From assembly GCA_963797095.1 (NCBI GenBank), contig CAWCNY010000006.1, positions 996,374 to 1,060,373 of the forward strand: DNA of 64,000 bases, read 5' to 3'. How positions within the stretch are numbered: the stretch's first letter is position 1; every line of letters begins with the position of its first letter. Positions 1 through 11,141 of this stretch are shown here, piece by piece. The DNA comes from an uncultured Chloroflexia bacterium. GTDB lineage: Bacteria; Chloroflexota; Chloroflexia; QHBQ01; JADMIH01. The position numbers were made by a program, and so were the translations under genes. A model generated the notes under the pieces. That model did not search any database. It saw only the letters and a program-made list of their open reading frames with translations, and was not told the origin of the DNA.

Positions 1-1
1 C

Positions 2-775
2 CTGGGGCTGGCCTCGCTGCCTACAGCCTTTTTCTTCTCGGCTCTTTATACAGAAGGTTTGTTCCTGTTGCTTGTGGTTGGCTCGTTTGCGCTGGCGCGC
101 TCGGATTGGCGGTGGAAGTGGCTGTGTGTTGGGTTGGTGGGGATGATGGCGTCGCTCGATAGGTTTGCCGGCGCATTGCTGCTTGGTGTGATGGCGGTGG
201 AGTATCTGGCGCAGAAGGGGTGGAAACCGAAGCGGGTGCGGGCCGACGCGGCCTGGCTGCTGCTGATTCCGGTGGGGGTGGCGATATACGCGGCGTTCCT
301 GTGGCTGAGGTTCGGCAGCCCGTTCGTGCTGAATGATAGTATGTTGAAGGGGTGGAACCACCAGGGATCGTTCTTTTTGGTAACATACTGGGAAAGCCTA
401 TCGCAACTGTGGATGAGTTTGACCGGCGCGTTTGCTGCCGGGCAAGATCCGGTGTTGTATTATGGGCAAGGGAGCAGGCTGTACTTGATCCTCGATCTTG
501 CTTTACCGGTGGCGCTGCTGGTGGGTGCATGGGTGGGGCGCACCAAGTTGATGGCCTCGGAATGGACGTGGCTGGCGCTGGGGATTGTGTACCCACTCAG
601 TACAAACATCACATTCTCGATGGCGAGGTATGTCTTGCCGCTTTGGCCTGGGTTGGTATGGCTCGGCATGGATAAGAAGGGTAGGCGTGTGGTCGCGGTA
701 GTGTGGATCGCGGTGTCGCTGGCTCTGATGGCATGGTGCAGCAGTGTCTATGGGAGCGCACGCTGGATAGGGTGA
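2..775 (+). CDS. GT-C membrane glycosyltransferase (PIG-V/mannosyltransferase-like), 5'-truncated by window edge
   Basis: Frame open from nt 2 ([24 protein letters not shown]); [11 protein letters not shown] and SMARY motifs; many TM segments. Confidence 0.75.
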   Translation: MGLASLPTAFFFSALYTEGLFLLLVVGSFALARSDWRWKWLCVGLVGMMASLDRFAGALLLGVMAVEYLAQKGWKPKRVRADAAWLLLIPVGVAIYAAFLWLRFGSPFVLNDSMLKGWNHQGSFFLVTYWESLSQLWMSLTGAFAAGQDPVLYYGQGSRLYLILDLALPVALLVGAWVGRTKLMASEWTWLALGIVYPLSTNITFSMARYVLPLWPGLVWLGMDKKGRRVVAVVWIAVSLALMAWCSSVYGSARWIG

Positions 776-864
776 GTGGATTTTGGGTTTTGGACTTCGG
801 ATTTAGTGGGCTGAAGGATAGTTCGGTTATAGGGTTTTGGGAGAGAGTAGAGAGGAGAAGGAAA

Positions 865-2259
865 ATGAGAGTGCTTGTGGTTGGGTCGGGGGCGCGGGAG
901 CATGCCATCGTATGGAAGCTGGCTACCAGTTCTTTCGTGACGGATATATATTGCGCTCCTGGGAATGGCGGTACGACGCTGTTGGCGCGGAATATCGACC
1001 TACCTATCGAGACCGAGAGCCAGTGCGACCAGTTGGCGGGTTGGGCGTTCAACAACAGCATTGACCTGGTGATCGTGGGTCCGGAGATACCGTTGAAGCA
1101 TGGGATCGCCGACTCGCTGGCCCTGCTTGGCGTGCCGGTGTTCGGGCCTACGCAGGCAGCCTCTCGCCTGGAGTGGAGCAAAGTGTGGGCGCGCGAGTTC
1201 ATGCACAGGCATAATATCCCGTCACCCAGATATAAAGTGGTGCATGGGATGGAGGCGGTGCTTGCGGAGTTAAGATCGCCGGAGCTTGGGTGGCCCCTTG
1301 TGATCAAAGCGGATGGGCTGGCGGCGGGCAAAGGAGCATTTGTTTGCCAGGACCCTATGGACGCGGAAGAAGATGTTACCAGGATGCGCGAGGCGGGGGT
1401 GCTGCCTCTTGTGAATGATGATGTGACTGTGGTGCTCGAGGAGTATCTTGAAGGCACGGAAGTGAGCGCACTGGCATTTTGTGATGGAGAGCGCGTGGCG
1501 ATGATGCCTCCCGCATGTGATTACAAAAGGTTGCAGGATGGCGACCTGGGACCGATGACAGGGGGGATGGGGGCTTATTCGCCCACAAAGGAGATAACGC
1601 TGGAAGCCTGGGAGGGCATCAAGCGGGAAGTGATCCAGCGCGCGGTGGACGGGATGCGGGCTGAAGGAATGCCTTACAGGGGCGTGTTGTACGCAGGATT
1701 GATGCTCACGAAAGATGGGCCGAAGGTCCTTGAGTTCAACTGTCGTTTGGGCGACCCGGAGGCTCAGGTGTTGTTGCCTTTGCTTCAGACGCCACTGGAA
1801 GATATCGCGATGGCGGTCGCGAAGGGAGACCTATCGCCGGTAGGGCAGATTAAGTGGAGTGGGGAGGCGGCGGTGGGCGTGGTGGTGGCATCTGAGAACT
1901 ATCCCACGGGCAAATCGTCAGCGGTGCCTGTGACGGGCCTCGGCGACCTCGATGAAGGAGTGCTGGTGTTTCATGCTGGGACGAAAGCCCAGGGCAATAT
2001 TTCACTTGTGCCTGACGAGCTAAGTCCCGGTAAGAGCCAGTCTATATTCAAGACACTGTTCGGGGGAGAGTTGCAGAACCTTAGTCTTACTACAGGGTCG
2101 TTTGAGATGCAACTGGACGCTGTGGGTGGCCGCCTGTTGACGGTGGTCGCGACAGCGCGCACGATATGGGAAGCACGCGAGAAAGTATACAGGAACCTGC
2201 CGAAGATCAAGATCGCCGGATCGCAGTACAGGAAGGATATTGGGGAGCGAGAGGCTTAA
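865..2259 (+). CDS. purD: Phosphoribosylamine--glycine ligase
   Basis: [14 protein letters not shown] start after AGGAG; [30 protein letters not shown] motifs; ~35-aa insert in C-domain. Confidence 0.96.
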   Translation: MRVLVVGSGAREHAIVWKLATSSFVTDIYCAPGNGGTTLLARNIDLPIETESQCDQLAGWAFNNSIDLVIVGPEIPLKHGIADSLALLGVPVFGPTQAASRLEWSKVWAREFMHRHNIPSPRYKVVHGMEAVLAELRSPELGWPLVIKADGLAAGKGAFVCQDPMDAEEDVTRMREAGVLPLVNDDVTVVLEEYLEGTEVSALAFCDGERVAMMPPACDYKRLQDGDLGPMTGGMGAYSPTKEITLEAWEGIKREVIQRAVDGMRAEGMPYRGVLYAGLMLTKDGPKVLEFNCRLGDPEAQVLLPLLQTPLEDIAMAVAKGDLSPVGQIKWSGEAAVGVVVASENYPTGKSSAVPVTGLGDLDEGVLVFHAGTKAQGNISLVPDELSPGKSQSIFKTLFGGELQNLSLTTGSFEMQLDAVGGRLLTVVATARTIWEAREKVYRNLPKIKIAGSQYRKDIGEREA

Positions 2260-2266
2260 GTGTGCT

Positions 2267-2803
2267 TTACGTCAGGCGATTTGCGTACATCAGGATGCCA
2301 CAAATGGATTTGGCATCGCAGATTTCGCCCGACCAGATGGCGGCTATAGCTTCTTCGAGAGTGAGGCGCTCGACCTCGATGTTTTCGTCTTCATCGCCTG
2401 GTTTGCGGCTCTCCTCAAGATCTGTAAGCAGATAGCAGTGGAGGAATTCGGTGCAGAAGCCTGGGGCCGAGAAGAAGCCCCCCATGTGCTCGACCTTACG
2501 AGGCCTGTAGCCGGTTTCCTCCTGGGTTTCACGGACGGCACAGGTTTCAGGGTCTTCGCCTTGCTCGCGAGTGCCCGCCGGTATTTCGAGGAGGACATGC
2601 CCGGCGGCACGTCGGTACTGGCGCACGAGGACGAGCTTGCCCTCGTGGTCGACGACCACGAGGGCGACAGCGCCTGGATGGACGACTATCTCGCGGGCCT
2701 TCTCGTGGCCGTTGTGGATGAGGACTTTCTCTTTGATCACTTTGAAGAGGCGACCGTTGTAGATTGTTTCCTGTGATAGACCTACTTCCGGGTCGATTGC
2801 CAT
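2267..2803 (-). CDS. NUDIX hydrolase, ADP-ribose pyrophosphatase-like
   Basis: Nudix box GTREQGEDPETCAVRETQEETG; LVRQYR, EIPAG, SAPGF, DAKS motifs. Confidence 0.88.
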   Translation of the reverse strand: MAIDPEVGLSQETIYNGRLFKVIKEKVLIHNGHEKAREIVVHPGAVALVVVDHEGKLVLVRQYRRAAGHVLLEIPAGTREQGEDPETCAVRETQEETGYRPRKVEHMGGFFSAPGFCTEFLHCYLLTDLEESRKPGDEDENIEVERLTLEEAIAAIWSGEICDAKSICGILMYANRLT

Positions 2804-2927
2804 CTTGTAACCCCCTGGTGGTGAAAAATATGGGCATAGTGCTTGCTTTTAGTATTATACATGGCAGAAGGATGGAAGACGACGAGTGACGAGTGGCTTG
2901 CGAAGCGTATGCATAAAGAGGAGAGAG

Positions 2928-3644
2928 ATGGCACATCCACATAGCAGTGTTGAAGAGGCAATCAGGCCGCACGATGGGATGCTGGAGGATAAGCCTGTGC
3001 AGGTGGTGGGCAAGGCTTTTGAACGTGGTCCCGCTGAGGCTATGGCGGCGTTGCGTGAGCCGGGGTTGCGGTGTTGCAGGTGCGACTTGTGCGCCACGCG
3101 GACTCAGGTAGTATTTGGAGAAGGTTCGCCTCAGGCGCGGCTGATGATCATCGGCGAGGCACCGGGCGCGGACGAGGATAAGTCCGGGCACCCCTTCTGG
3201 GGTCGTGCCGGGCAGGTATTCAACTCGCTGCTGGCTGCTGCAGGGATTGCGCGCGAGAACGTATGGGTGACGAATACGGTGAAATGCAGGCCAACCAAAG
3301 GCGACGGGAGGAGGGTGTCGAACAGGCCGCCGCTCGCGCCGGAGATCAAGGCTTGTAACATCTGGCGCACTGGCGAGCTTGAGATTATCAAGCCGAGGAT
3401 CATCTGCTGTTTGGGAGCGGTGGCGGCCAAGGCGATACTGGGCAGGGATGTGCGTATGACGATGGAACGCGGGCAATGGTTCCCTTATCCCGGCCCGGTG
3501 GAGGAGCTGGAGGGCAGCGAGGTGATCGTTACCTATCACCCCTCCTATATCATGCGGCAGGAGGGAGAGGCGTATGATAGGATCAGGGCGCAGTCGGACG
3601 CTGATTTCGCGGCGATTGCCAGCAAACTGAAGGTACTATCTTAG
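2928..3644 (+). CDS. Uracil-DNA glycosylase family 4 ([4Fe-4S])
   Basis: CCRCDLC, GEAPGADED, TNTVKC and TYHPSY motifs; start codon uncertain. Confidence 0.88.
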   Translation: MAHPHSSVEEAIRPHDGMLEDKPVQVVGKAFERGPAEAMAALREPGLRCCRCDLCATRTQVVFGEGSPQARLMIIGEAPGADEDKSGHPFWGRAGQVFNSLLAAAGIARENVWVTNTVKCRPTKGDGRRVSNRPPLAPEIKACNIWRTGELEIIKPRIICCLGAVAAKAILGRDVRMTMERGQWFPYPGPVEELEGSEVIVTYHPSYIMRQEGEAYDRIRAQSDADFAAIASKLKVLS

Positions 3645-3664
3645 CAGTTTAGAGCCATTTACCG

Positions 3665-5191
3665 TCAATCGAGCACCAGATCGTGAGGGCCGCTTTCGCG
3701 CAGACCGGCAGGAGTGATGCGAACGAAGCGGGCATTTTGCCAAAGTTGATCGAGGTTGTGAGCATTGGAATAGCTCATGCCTGAGCGCAGCCCACCGACC
3801 AATTGGAAAAGGACTTCACGAGCAGGTCCGCGATAGGGGACCATAGCTTCCACGCCCTCGGCGACCACCTGGGATAGCCACTCGTCATCTTCCTGGCGGG
3901 TTATGTCCGTAAGCTCTTGTTCACGCTTCTTGCGGGCGACCGTGGCGCTGACAGAAGCCATACCCCGGAAGGTCTTGTAGCGCCCGCCTCGGCGAGTGAC
4001 GATCTGACCAGGGCTTTCATCGGTGCCTGCGAGAAGAGAGCCTATCATGACGGTGGATGCACCTGCGGCGAGAGCTTTGGCGATGTCCCCGGAGGTCTTG
4101 ATGCCACCATCAGCGATGAGCGGTACGCCGCGCTTATGGCAGACATCGGCGCATTCCATTACGGCTGTTAACTGAGGCACGCCCGCACCCGTGACGATGC
4201 GGGTGGTGCAGGCAGCGCCGGGACCGACGCCAACTTTTACGGCGTCTACGCCCGCCTCAATGAGGTCGAGCGCGCCTTCGCGCGTGGCGACGTTGCCAGC
4301 GATTACATCTATGTTGGGCCAGCGCTCCTTTAGCCCCTGGACTACAGAGATGACAGCCTCAGAATGTCCATGGGCTACATCCACTACCAGCACGTCCGTG
4401 CCTGCGTCGAGAAGGGCCTCCGCGCGCTCCATTGCGTCATCCGTGACACCGATGGCCGCGCCCACCAGAAGATGACCGCGGCGGTCTTTGATGCCCTGGG
4501 GGTTATCTCCTGAGTGAGCGAGGTCGTAGGCGGTGATGAGACCAACGACACGACCATCTTCGACAAGAGGAAGCTTTTCGATCTTATGCCGCGCAAATAG
4601 CTCAGAAGCTTCTTCGAATGAGATATCGGCTGGAGCTGTGACAAGTTTCTGGCGAGGGGTCATTACGTCGCCTACGGCAAGGTCCGGATTACGGACGAAG
4701 CGCACATCGCGGGCCGAGAGAAGGCCGGCAAGCCTGCCTGCATCGTCGACCACTACAAGGCCCGAAACATCGCGTCGCTCCATCGCGGCACGGGCGCGTT
4801 CGACCGTCTCATCTGGGGAGATGGTATAGGGTTGAGGGATTACGAAGGACTCGGCGCGTTTGACGCGGCGAACCTCGTCGGCCTGGGCCGCTATGGGGAG
4901 GAAGCGGTGGATAATGCCTATGCCACCCTGGCGGGCCATCTCGATTGCCATGGCGTGCTCCGTGACGGTGTCCATATTAGCGGAAACGATAGGGATGTTG
5001 AGGCGGACGTTGCATGAGAGGAGGGTGGTGGTGGATACATCACGCCGCGACTTCACGGTAGTGCGTTGAGGGACGAGGAGGACATCGTCATAACTGAGGC
5101 CGAGAGGGATGTCGGATTTTGGGCTTTGGATCTTGGATTTTGGATTATGTGAGTTGGTTTTGCGGTTATTGGTGTCGCGGGTGGTCGGCAT
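3665..5191 (-). CDS. guaB: IMP dehydrogenase/GMP reductase family enzyme with CBS pair
   Basis: [25 protein letters not shown] (catalytic Cys), [18 protein letters not shown]; ATG 5191 after AAGGAG; may be a GMP reductase (see findings). Confidence 0.88.
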   Translation of the reverse strand: MPTTRDTNNRKTNSHNPKSKIQSPKSDIPLGLSYDDVLLVPQRTTVKSRRDVSTTTLLSCNVRLNIPIVSANMDTVTEHAMAIEMARQGGIGIIHRFLPIAAQADEVRRVKRAESFVIPQPYTISPDETVERARAAMERRDVSGLVVVDDAGRLAGLLSARDVRFVRNPDLAVGDVMTPRQKLVTAPADISFEEASELFARHKIEKLPLVEDGRVVGLITAYDLAHSGDNPQGIKDRRGHLLVGAAIGVTDDAMERAEALLDAGTDVLVVDVAHGHSEAVISVVQGLKERWPNIDVIAGNVATREGALDLIEAGVDAVKVGVGPGAACTTRIVTGAGVPQLTAVMECADVCHKRGVPLIADGGIKTSGDIAKALAAGASTVMIGSLLAGTDESPGQIVTRRGGRYKTFRGMASVSATVARKKREQELTDITRQEDDEWLSQVVAEGVEAMVPYRGPAREVLFQLVGGLRSGMSYSNAHNLDQLWQNARFVRITPAGLRESGPHDLVLD

Positions 5192-6604
5192 TATAGGTGC
5201 TCCTTGGGTGTTCTGGTGAATTATAGCAGTTATGTAGGAGCATGGACCATTCAAACAGTTGTTTGAATGAGGTCTGTACCTTGAGGAAGCGTGTGTATCC
5301 CGGTAAGCTGAAGGCGCAAGCTGTATAATTGGCCCGAAAACATACGGCTTTCAGAGAGTTCACACTGTGCAAAGTAACTCAACCTCGTTCTCAGGAGAAC
5401 CGACGCCTTACTCCCGCGTCCATCTAGTGATCTTTGCCTGCATTCTGGTTGTCTATGCTATTACCATTAGCGTTTACAACCTGAGCATCCCGGTAGGCGA
5501 AGCACCTGATGAGGTGGCGCATATTGAGAATGTACAGGTGATCTTGCGTAGTGGCGAATTACCGACGATACCTCTCGATTCACCGCGTTATTCCTACGAA
5601 GCCGAACAGCCACCTTTGTACTATTTGTTTGAGGCTGGTTGGATCGGATTACTCTGGCCTGGTCTTGCCTTCCATGGGTCTGGTTGCCTTCCTCCCAGGA
5701 TTCGGGTTTACTTCTGCTACAGTAAATAATGATGCGCTTGCAGCTACCGGAGGTGCAGCGGTCGTGTTCATGTGTGTATATACTCCGGAAGGGTGTAAAC
5801 AGCAGGGTGGCACTGTCGACAGGCATGGTATTGGGGCTGGGTCTGTTGGCAAAGCATTCTTTGTTGGTGCTGGCGCCCCTTGTGATGGCTCTGCCGTTTT
5901 TCCTACTTATGAGTAAGTGGCCGGAAAGACGCTCAAGAACAAGAGAAGCAATATTGATGTCGGCTATGGTGCTACTGGGGACGGTGGTTGTAGGGGTGTG
6001 GCCGTTTGCCAGTGATTTTGTTGAGTATGGCGACCCATTTGCAAGCGCTGCAACGGCGGCAGTCAAGAATGAGATCGCTTCACCATTGCAAGGGAAGCCG
6101 GGGTTCTGGCTTTCACCGGGGTATTTCATCGGGCTGTACAACTCGTTCTGGGGCACATTCGGCATTCGCAATATTGACCTACCGAATCTGCTTTACGCTG
6201 GATACTATGTGTTGTTCTTGTTATCGGTGATAAGTCTGGTGTTGAACCGTAAGAAGGTACTGCGACAGGAGCGCGGCACCATATGGGTCTGCCTGGCGGT
6301 GCTGCTGTTGGTGAATATAGGAGTAGGGTACCAGAATACCCAGTTTTGGGCCGTACAAGGCAGACTTCTGTTACCTGCGGCAGCCGCGTTAGCTTTACTC
6401 ATTGGAAGGGGCTTCGTCTTGATAGGCGGGCGTATTCTACCTGAAGGCCGTTCTCGGTACTACGCGCTAGTACTAGTTTGTGGTGCGAAATGCGGTCGCA
6501 AGGCCCGGAGCAGCACGTGACACTGCCATCAAGACTGATATTTCGCACCATCGTGTTTCTGGGTGTCGTAGGTTGGCACTTGGCACATCGCCACCTAATC
6601 TGGT

Positions 6605-8241
6605 TCACGCCGCTTGCTTCCTCACCGCTATCCCAGCCCTGGTCCTGGCTCCGACCCTGGCTCCAGCCCTGCGTTGTGCTGCCCGTGCTATCTGTGTATC
6701 AGCGATCTTCCCCAGGTTCGCTGTCACAATACCCCACCCTACCCTTCGCCACATCCCCTCCTCCTCGTGATCCCGACCTGTCTCCAGCCCGTAATCCCTC
6801 TTCAGCACCCAAATCCGCCCTTCGATCCCCGCTCGGAACCGGAACCCGCATCTGAACCAGCGCTGATGTTCCAGTGCCTGTCTCTCCTTGCTCACTCGCC
6901 CAGTGTGTGGCAACACAATCCGCTTCACCCCCAGTTGGCGTGCCAACGCCTCGTTCGCCCTCGAATAGGTGCCACGATCTCCAGCCAGCATGTCCGGTGG
7001 GTGCCCGAAACGCTCTTGATGTGTGGCTAAGCTTCTCGGCAGTTCCATCAGGTCCAAGCCCCCGCCCTCGTCCATCAATCGATACTCGCTGATGATCCCT
7101 CCCTCAACTTCCCCCAACCACACTTTGCGTCCGAATTCGGTTGGCTTGCCTGCCTTGTGACGCTGGATGACCTGGGTGTGCGGTTCAAACAGAGAGCGCA
7201 ACTTCTCGCCACTTCGAACCGCTATTAAGGATAACCCTGATACGGCTTATGATAGTTCAAACAGAGAGAGCAACTTCTCGCCACTTCGAACAGGTTCGCC
7301 CTGCAGCACTCGGCGTCGAGCCTGCTCTATCGCCTGCCCACCAGAGGCAGAAAGTGCTCCAACTGCTCGATGATGCGCCTTACCTGCCCCTGCCGTGCCC
7401 GGGTTGCAGAGTGCTCGGTAAGCTTGGCCCTGGAGAAGGTGTCGGCGAGGGTGGCGAGAGCATCGTGCACTTGATTCGCCTGCTTGGCAGTGGCCTGGGC
7501 GATACCCAGCAGCCTGGCATAGGCTGCCTTGAGTTGCTCGGCAGCCTCTTCCCCTTTGCGGCGGGCCACCCGATGAAGTTGTTGAGCGATACGCCGGACC
7601 GAGCGGGTACGGCTGCGAAATGCCCCTTTCAGGCCGCCCTTCAGGATGGTCGTCCCTATGGTCGTCCCTTCTCCCACTTCTCCCAGCTTTTCTCCCAGCA
7701 CGGTTTTGGCTTTGTGCAACAGCCGACTGAGCACACGAACTCCATCACCAACAATGGCGCTGTCTGTTGGATAATGGATATTGGTCTGCACAACGGTGCT
7801 GTCCACGCGCAGTTTGCGCCCCCTAGTCACCTTGAGTTGAGTGGCCAACTCCACTACTCGATCGTTGACCCTGGCAAGAGTATCCGGACCGACAAGGTTG
7901 GCCCATCGGATGAGAGTGGTATCGTCGGGGACGGGCTGGAGATAGAGGCGGCAGAACTGGCGTAAGACCAGGCTATCCGAGACGAAGTGTTCGGTTTGTT
8001 CGTAGCTCCAATCGTACAGGCGGCGAACGATGAGCATACGCAGGATCACCTCAACTGGGGTGGAGTGACGCCCCCTAACCAGGGTGTGAGGATAACGCTT
8101 AGCCAGGTCAGCCTTGACCTGCTCGAAGATCTCATCGTCTTTTAGCAACTGGTCCAACTCAGCTAGCTCCGGTTCCATCTCCAATTGCAACTTGGGCACC
8201 AGTTCAAAGAGGTTTACAGGGTCATATCGTTCGATTATCAC
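6605..8241 (-). pseudogene. IS5/ISNCY-family DDE transposase, inactivated
   Basis: DUF772-like N-term (GRHSTPVEVILRML, PDDTTLIRW); RVDSTVV, AGDRG, RAGIEG; 1-nt frameshift near 7340 and a 72-bp insertion with in-frame TAA. Confidence 0.88.
7183..7291. CRISPR. CRISPR-like repeat-spacer-repeat unit (37/35/37 bp) inside the transposase; no cas genes in window
   Basis: GTTCAAACAGAGAG(C/A)GCAACTTCTCGCCACTTCGAAC at 7183-7219 and 7255-7291 (1 mismatch); 35-bp spacer 7220-7254, 14/35 GC. The duplication is seen directly; CRISPR origin is inferred. Confidence 0.6.
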
Positions 8242-8612
8242 GTTATTGAGCCTCCGGTTGAGTTTTGGATCATGGGCAACTTAATCCTAACTCACCAAGG
8301 CTCATCTTGTCATTTCGCACCCCAAACTAATACTAGGCGTGTTGCTGTGCGCGCTAATTGTAGCGGATTGGTATGCGCTGATCGTGTATGTGCTTCAAGT
8401 CTATTATGGCTGACGGGTATATTTGAGGCCCTGCCCAGCCCAACTGAAAGATTGAAAGGGTCGTTTTCTTTTATAATAGTCCCATGTTTGTCGTAGCCAG
8501 CAATAAAATGAAATAAGAACAGGTTATTCGTTATCGGCACCAAACCTAGCGAAGCATAGCACCGGATGGCGAAACCCGCCGGCTATCCGGGTAGCGGAGA
8601 GGAGATACTACT

Positions 8613-11054
8613 GTGTTTGAGTTTGATACAGCTATTTCCAGCGTTGTGGAGGTACAGGGGGAACTGCAACCACGATCTTCTGGCGAGCCAATTGAGGGAC
8701 CATTGTCGGCGGAGATGCTGGATAAGATGCAAAGGTACTGGCAGGCAGCTAACTACCTGACAGTTGGACAGATCTATTTGCAGACAAACCCTCTTTTGAG
8801 GGAGCAATTGAAGCCTGAGCATATCAAGCCACGGTTGCTGGGTCACTGGGGTACTTCGCCGGGGCTTAGCTTCATCTATGTGCATCTGAACCGGCTGATC
8901 AACGAGCATGATGCTAATGTGATCTACCTGGCGGGGCCGGGGCACGGAGGGCCTGCGATCGTCGCCAATGTGTACCTTGAGGGAACTTATTCGCAGATAT
9001 ATCAGGAGGTCACTCAGGACATGTCGGGGATGCGGCGGCTTTTCCGGCAATTCTCGACACCAGGTGGAATACCGAGCCATGTGAGCGTGACCACGCCCGG
9101 ATCAATTCACGAGGGGGGTGAGCTTGGGTATGTGCTGGCACACGCATTCGGGGCGGCGTTCGACAACCCCGACCTGATAGTGGCGGCTGTAGTGGGAGAT
9201 GGCGAGGCAGAGACCGGACCGTTGATGGCATCGTGGAGAGGGACTAGCTTCCTCAACCCGGCACGAGATGGGGCAGTGCTCCCGATCCTGCACCTGAACG
9301 GCTACAAGATCGGCGGGCCGACGGTACTAGGGCGCGACTCGGACGAGGATGTGCGTGCTACGATCGAGGGGAACGGATATGATGTGTATTTCGTGGAAGG
9401 CGATGAACCTGCCAGGATGCACCAGCAGTTCGCCGCCACCCTGGAGACGTGCTATGCACGCATTCGTGCTATCCAGGAGGACGCGCGGAAGAACGGTGTA
9501 AGCGGGCGGCCACGGTGGCCTGCTATTGTGCTGCGAACACCAAAGGGTTGGACCGGGCCGGCGGTGGTAGGTGGAATGCCGATTGAAGGAACGTTCCGAG
9601 CGCATCAGGTGCCGTTGAGCGACGTTCGGGGAGAGCCAAAGCAATTGGAGCAACTGGAAGAGTGGATGCGCAGCTACCAGCCTGATGATGTGTTTGATGT
9701 GAACGGGAAACTGATAGCAGAACTGGGCGCGCTTGCGCCGCGCGGGCTGAGACGGATGGGGTCCAATCCACACGCCAATGGAGGGAAACTGCTGGTAACA
9801 TTGCGAGTGCCTGACTTTCGCAAATACGCCCTGGAGGTGGCAAAACCTGCGACCGAGTGTGCCGAGTTGACGAGGCAACTGGGGAAGTTGATGCGGGACA
9901 TCTATGTACAAAACGCCCAGGATGCCAACTTCCGTCTCTTCTGCCCGGACGAAACCAACTCTAACCGCCTTGGCAACGTATTCGAGATAGAGAATCGCTG
10001 CTTCGTGGGCGAAACGATCTCGATTGACGATCATGTATCGCCCAATGGGCGGGTGATGGAGGTACTCAGCGAGCATCTTTGCGAAGGTTGGTTGGAGGGA
10101 TACTTGCTTACCGGGCGGCACGGCCTGTTCGCTACTTATGAAGCATTCTCGATGGTGTCGGCTTCGATGACGGTGCAGCATACAAAGTGGATGCAGGAGG
10201 CAATTGAGCTACCGTGGCGGGAGTTGATCGCGTCGTTGAATATCCTGTTGACTTCGACTTGCTGGCGGAACGACCACAACGGATTCAGCCATCAAGGGCC
10301 GGGGCTGATCGATGTGATGCTGTCGAAGCGGGGCACTGTAGCGCGCATCTACCTGCCGCCTGACGCGAATTGCCTGCTGTCGGTGGCAGATCATTGCTTC
10401 AGGAGTCGCAACTATGTGAACCTGATCGTGATCGACAAGCAGCCTCAGCTTCAGTGGCTCGACATGGACTCGGCTATAGAACACTGCGAGCGCGGGGCCT
10501 CGATATGGCATTGGGCGAGCAACGACAATGGTGAGGAGCCGGATGTGGTGCTGGCGTGCGCGGGTGATATCGTGACTATGGAGATCGTGGCGGCGGCGTG
10601 GTGGCTGCGGAAGAACATACCGGAACTGAAGGTGCGGGTGGTGAACGTTGTGGACCTGATGACGCTCTTTCCGCCTGCCTTCCACCCGCATGGTATGAAC
10701 GAAACTGACTTCGTGAATATGTTCACGGCGGATAAGGATGTAATCTTCGCTTTCCACGGGTACCAGCGGGCGATACACCAGATCATACATGGGCGGGCGA
10801 ACCCGGAACGCTTCCATGTTCGCGGATTCAACGAGCAAGGGACGACCACCACACCGTTCGATATGGTGGTGCTGAACAAGACAAGCCGGTATGACCTGGT
10901 GAACGATGTGGTGAATAACGTGCCCAAGATGCGGCAGCGCAGGCCGGAGATCAATGACATCTGCGACCAGTTGCTCGCCAGGGCAAAGGCGTATTCGCTT
11001 GAGCATCTTGAAGACCCGCCGGAGATCCGCGATTGGGTATGGACCGACGATTGA
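8613..11054 (+). CDS. xfp: Phosphoketolase (xylulose-5-P/fructose-6-P)
   Basis: [32 protein letters not shown] (ThDP), [17 protein letters not shown]. Confidence 0.96.
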   Translation: MFEFDTAISSVVEVQGELQPRSSGEPIEGPLSAEMLDKMQRYWQAANYLTVGQIYLQTNPLLREQLKPEHIKPRLLGHWGTSPGLSFIYVHLNRLINEHDANVIYLAGPGHGGPAIVANVYLEGTYSQIYQEVTQDMSGMRRLFRQFSTPGGIPSHVSVTTPGSIHEGGELGYVLAHAFGAAFDNPDLIVAAVVGDGEAETGPLMASWRGTSFLNPARDGAVLPILHLNGYKIGGPTVLGRDSDEDVRATIEGNGYDVYFVEGDEPARMHQQFAATLETCYARIRAIQEDARKNGVSGRPRWPAIVLRTPKGWTGPAVVGGMPIEGTFRAHQVPLSDVRGEPKQLEQLEEWMRSYQPDDVFDVNGKLIAELGALAPRGLRRMGSNPHANGGKLLVTLRVPDFRKYALEVAKPATECAELTRQLGKLMRDIYVQNAQDANFRLFCPDETNSNRLGNVFEIENRCFVGETISIDDHVSPNGRVMEVLSEHLCEGWLEGYLLTGRHGLFATYEAFSMVSASMTVQHTKWMQEAIELPWRELIASLNILLTSTCWRNDHNGFSHQGPGLIDVMLSKRGTVARIYLPPDANCLLSVADHCFRSRNYVNLIVIDKQPQLQWLDMDSAIEHCERGASIWHWASNDNGEEPDVVLACAGDIVTMEIVAAAWWLRKNIPELKVRVVNVVDLMTLFPPAFHPHGMNETDFVNMFTADKDVIFAFHGYQRAIHQIIHGRANPERFHVRGFNEQGTTTTPFDMVVLNKTSRYDLVNDVVNNVPKMRQRRPEINDICDQLLARAKAYSLEHLEDPPEIRDWVWTDD

Positions 11055-11081
11055 AAACCTGATTATCGGAGGGATTTTGTC

Positions 11082-11123
11082 AAATAAACAGAATGGGTGC
11101 CTCGCTACCCATTCTGTTTATTT
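11082..11123 (+). terminator. Intrinsic terminator after xfp
   Basis: AAATAAACAGAATGGGT-8 nt loop-ACCCATTCTGTTTATTT. Confidence 0.75.
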
Positions 11124-11141
11124 TGCCGGTAAGCTCTCAGA

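Larger units (their letters stand above)
6471..8332 (-). mobile_element. IS5/ISNCY-like insertion sequence
   Basis: 22-bp terminal IRs (TACTAGTTTGTGGTGCGAAATG vs TATTAGTTTGGGGTGCGAAATG, 20/22); CTAG duplication at 6467-6470 and 8333-8336. Confidence 0.88.
5367..8413 (+). pseudogene. GT-C (PMT/ArnT/DUF2142-like) membrane glycosyltransferase pseudogene, frameshifted and IS-interrupted
   Basis: APDEVAH and YEAEQPPLYY, then VNNDAL in a second frame, then GLGLLAK..SFWGTFG..QGRLL in a third; IS at CTAG 6467; C-terminus GVLLCALIVADWYALIVYVLQVYYG* resumes after 8336. Confidence 0.75.

Noticed and set aside
8530-8600. Possible c-di-GMP-I (GEMM) riboswitch upstream of xfp
   Set aside because: Only loose resemblance; conserved GNRA P2 loop/receptor and GCAAA pattern not convincingly present; needs an Rfam scan
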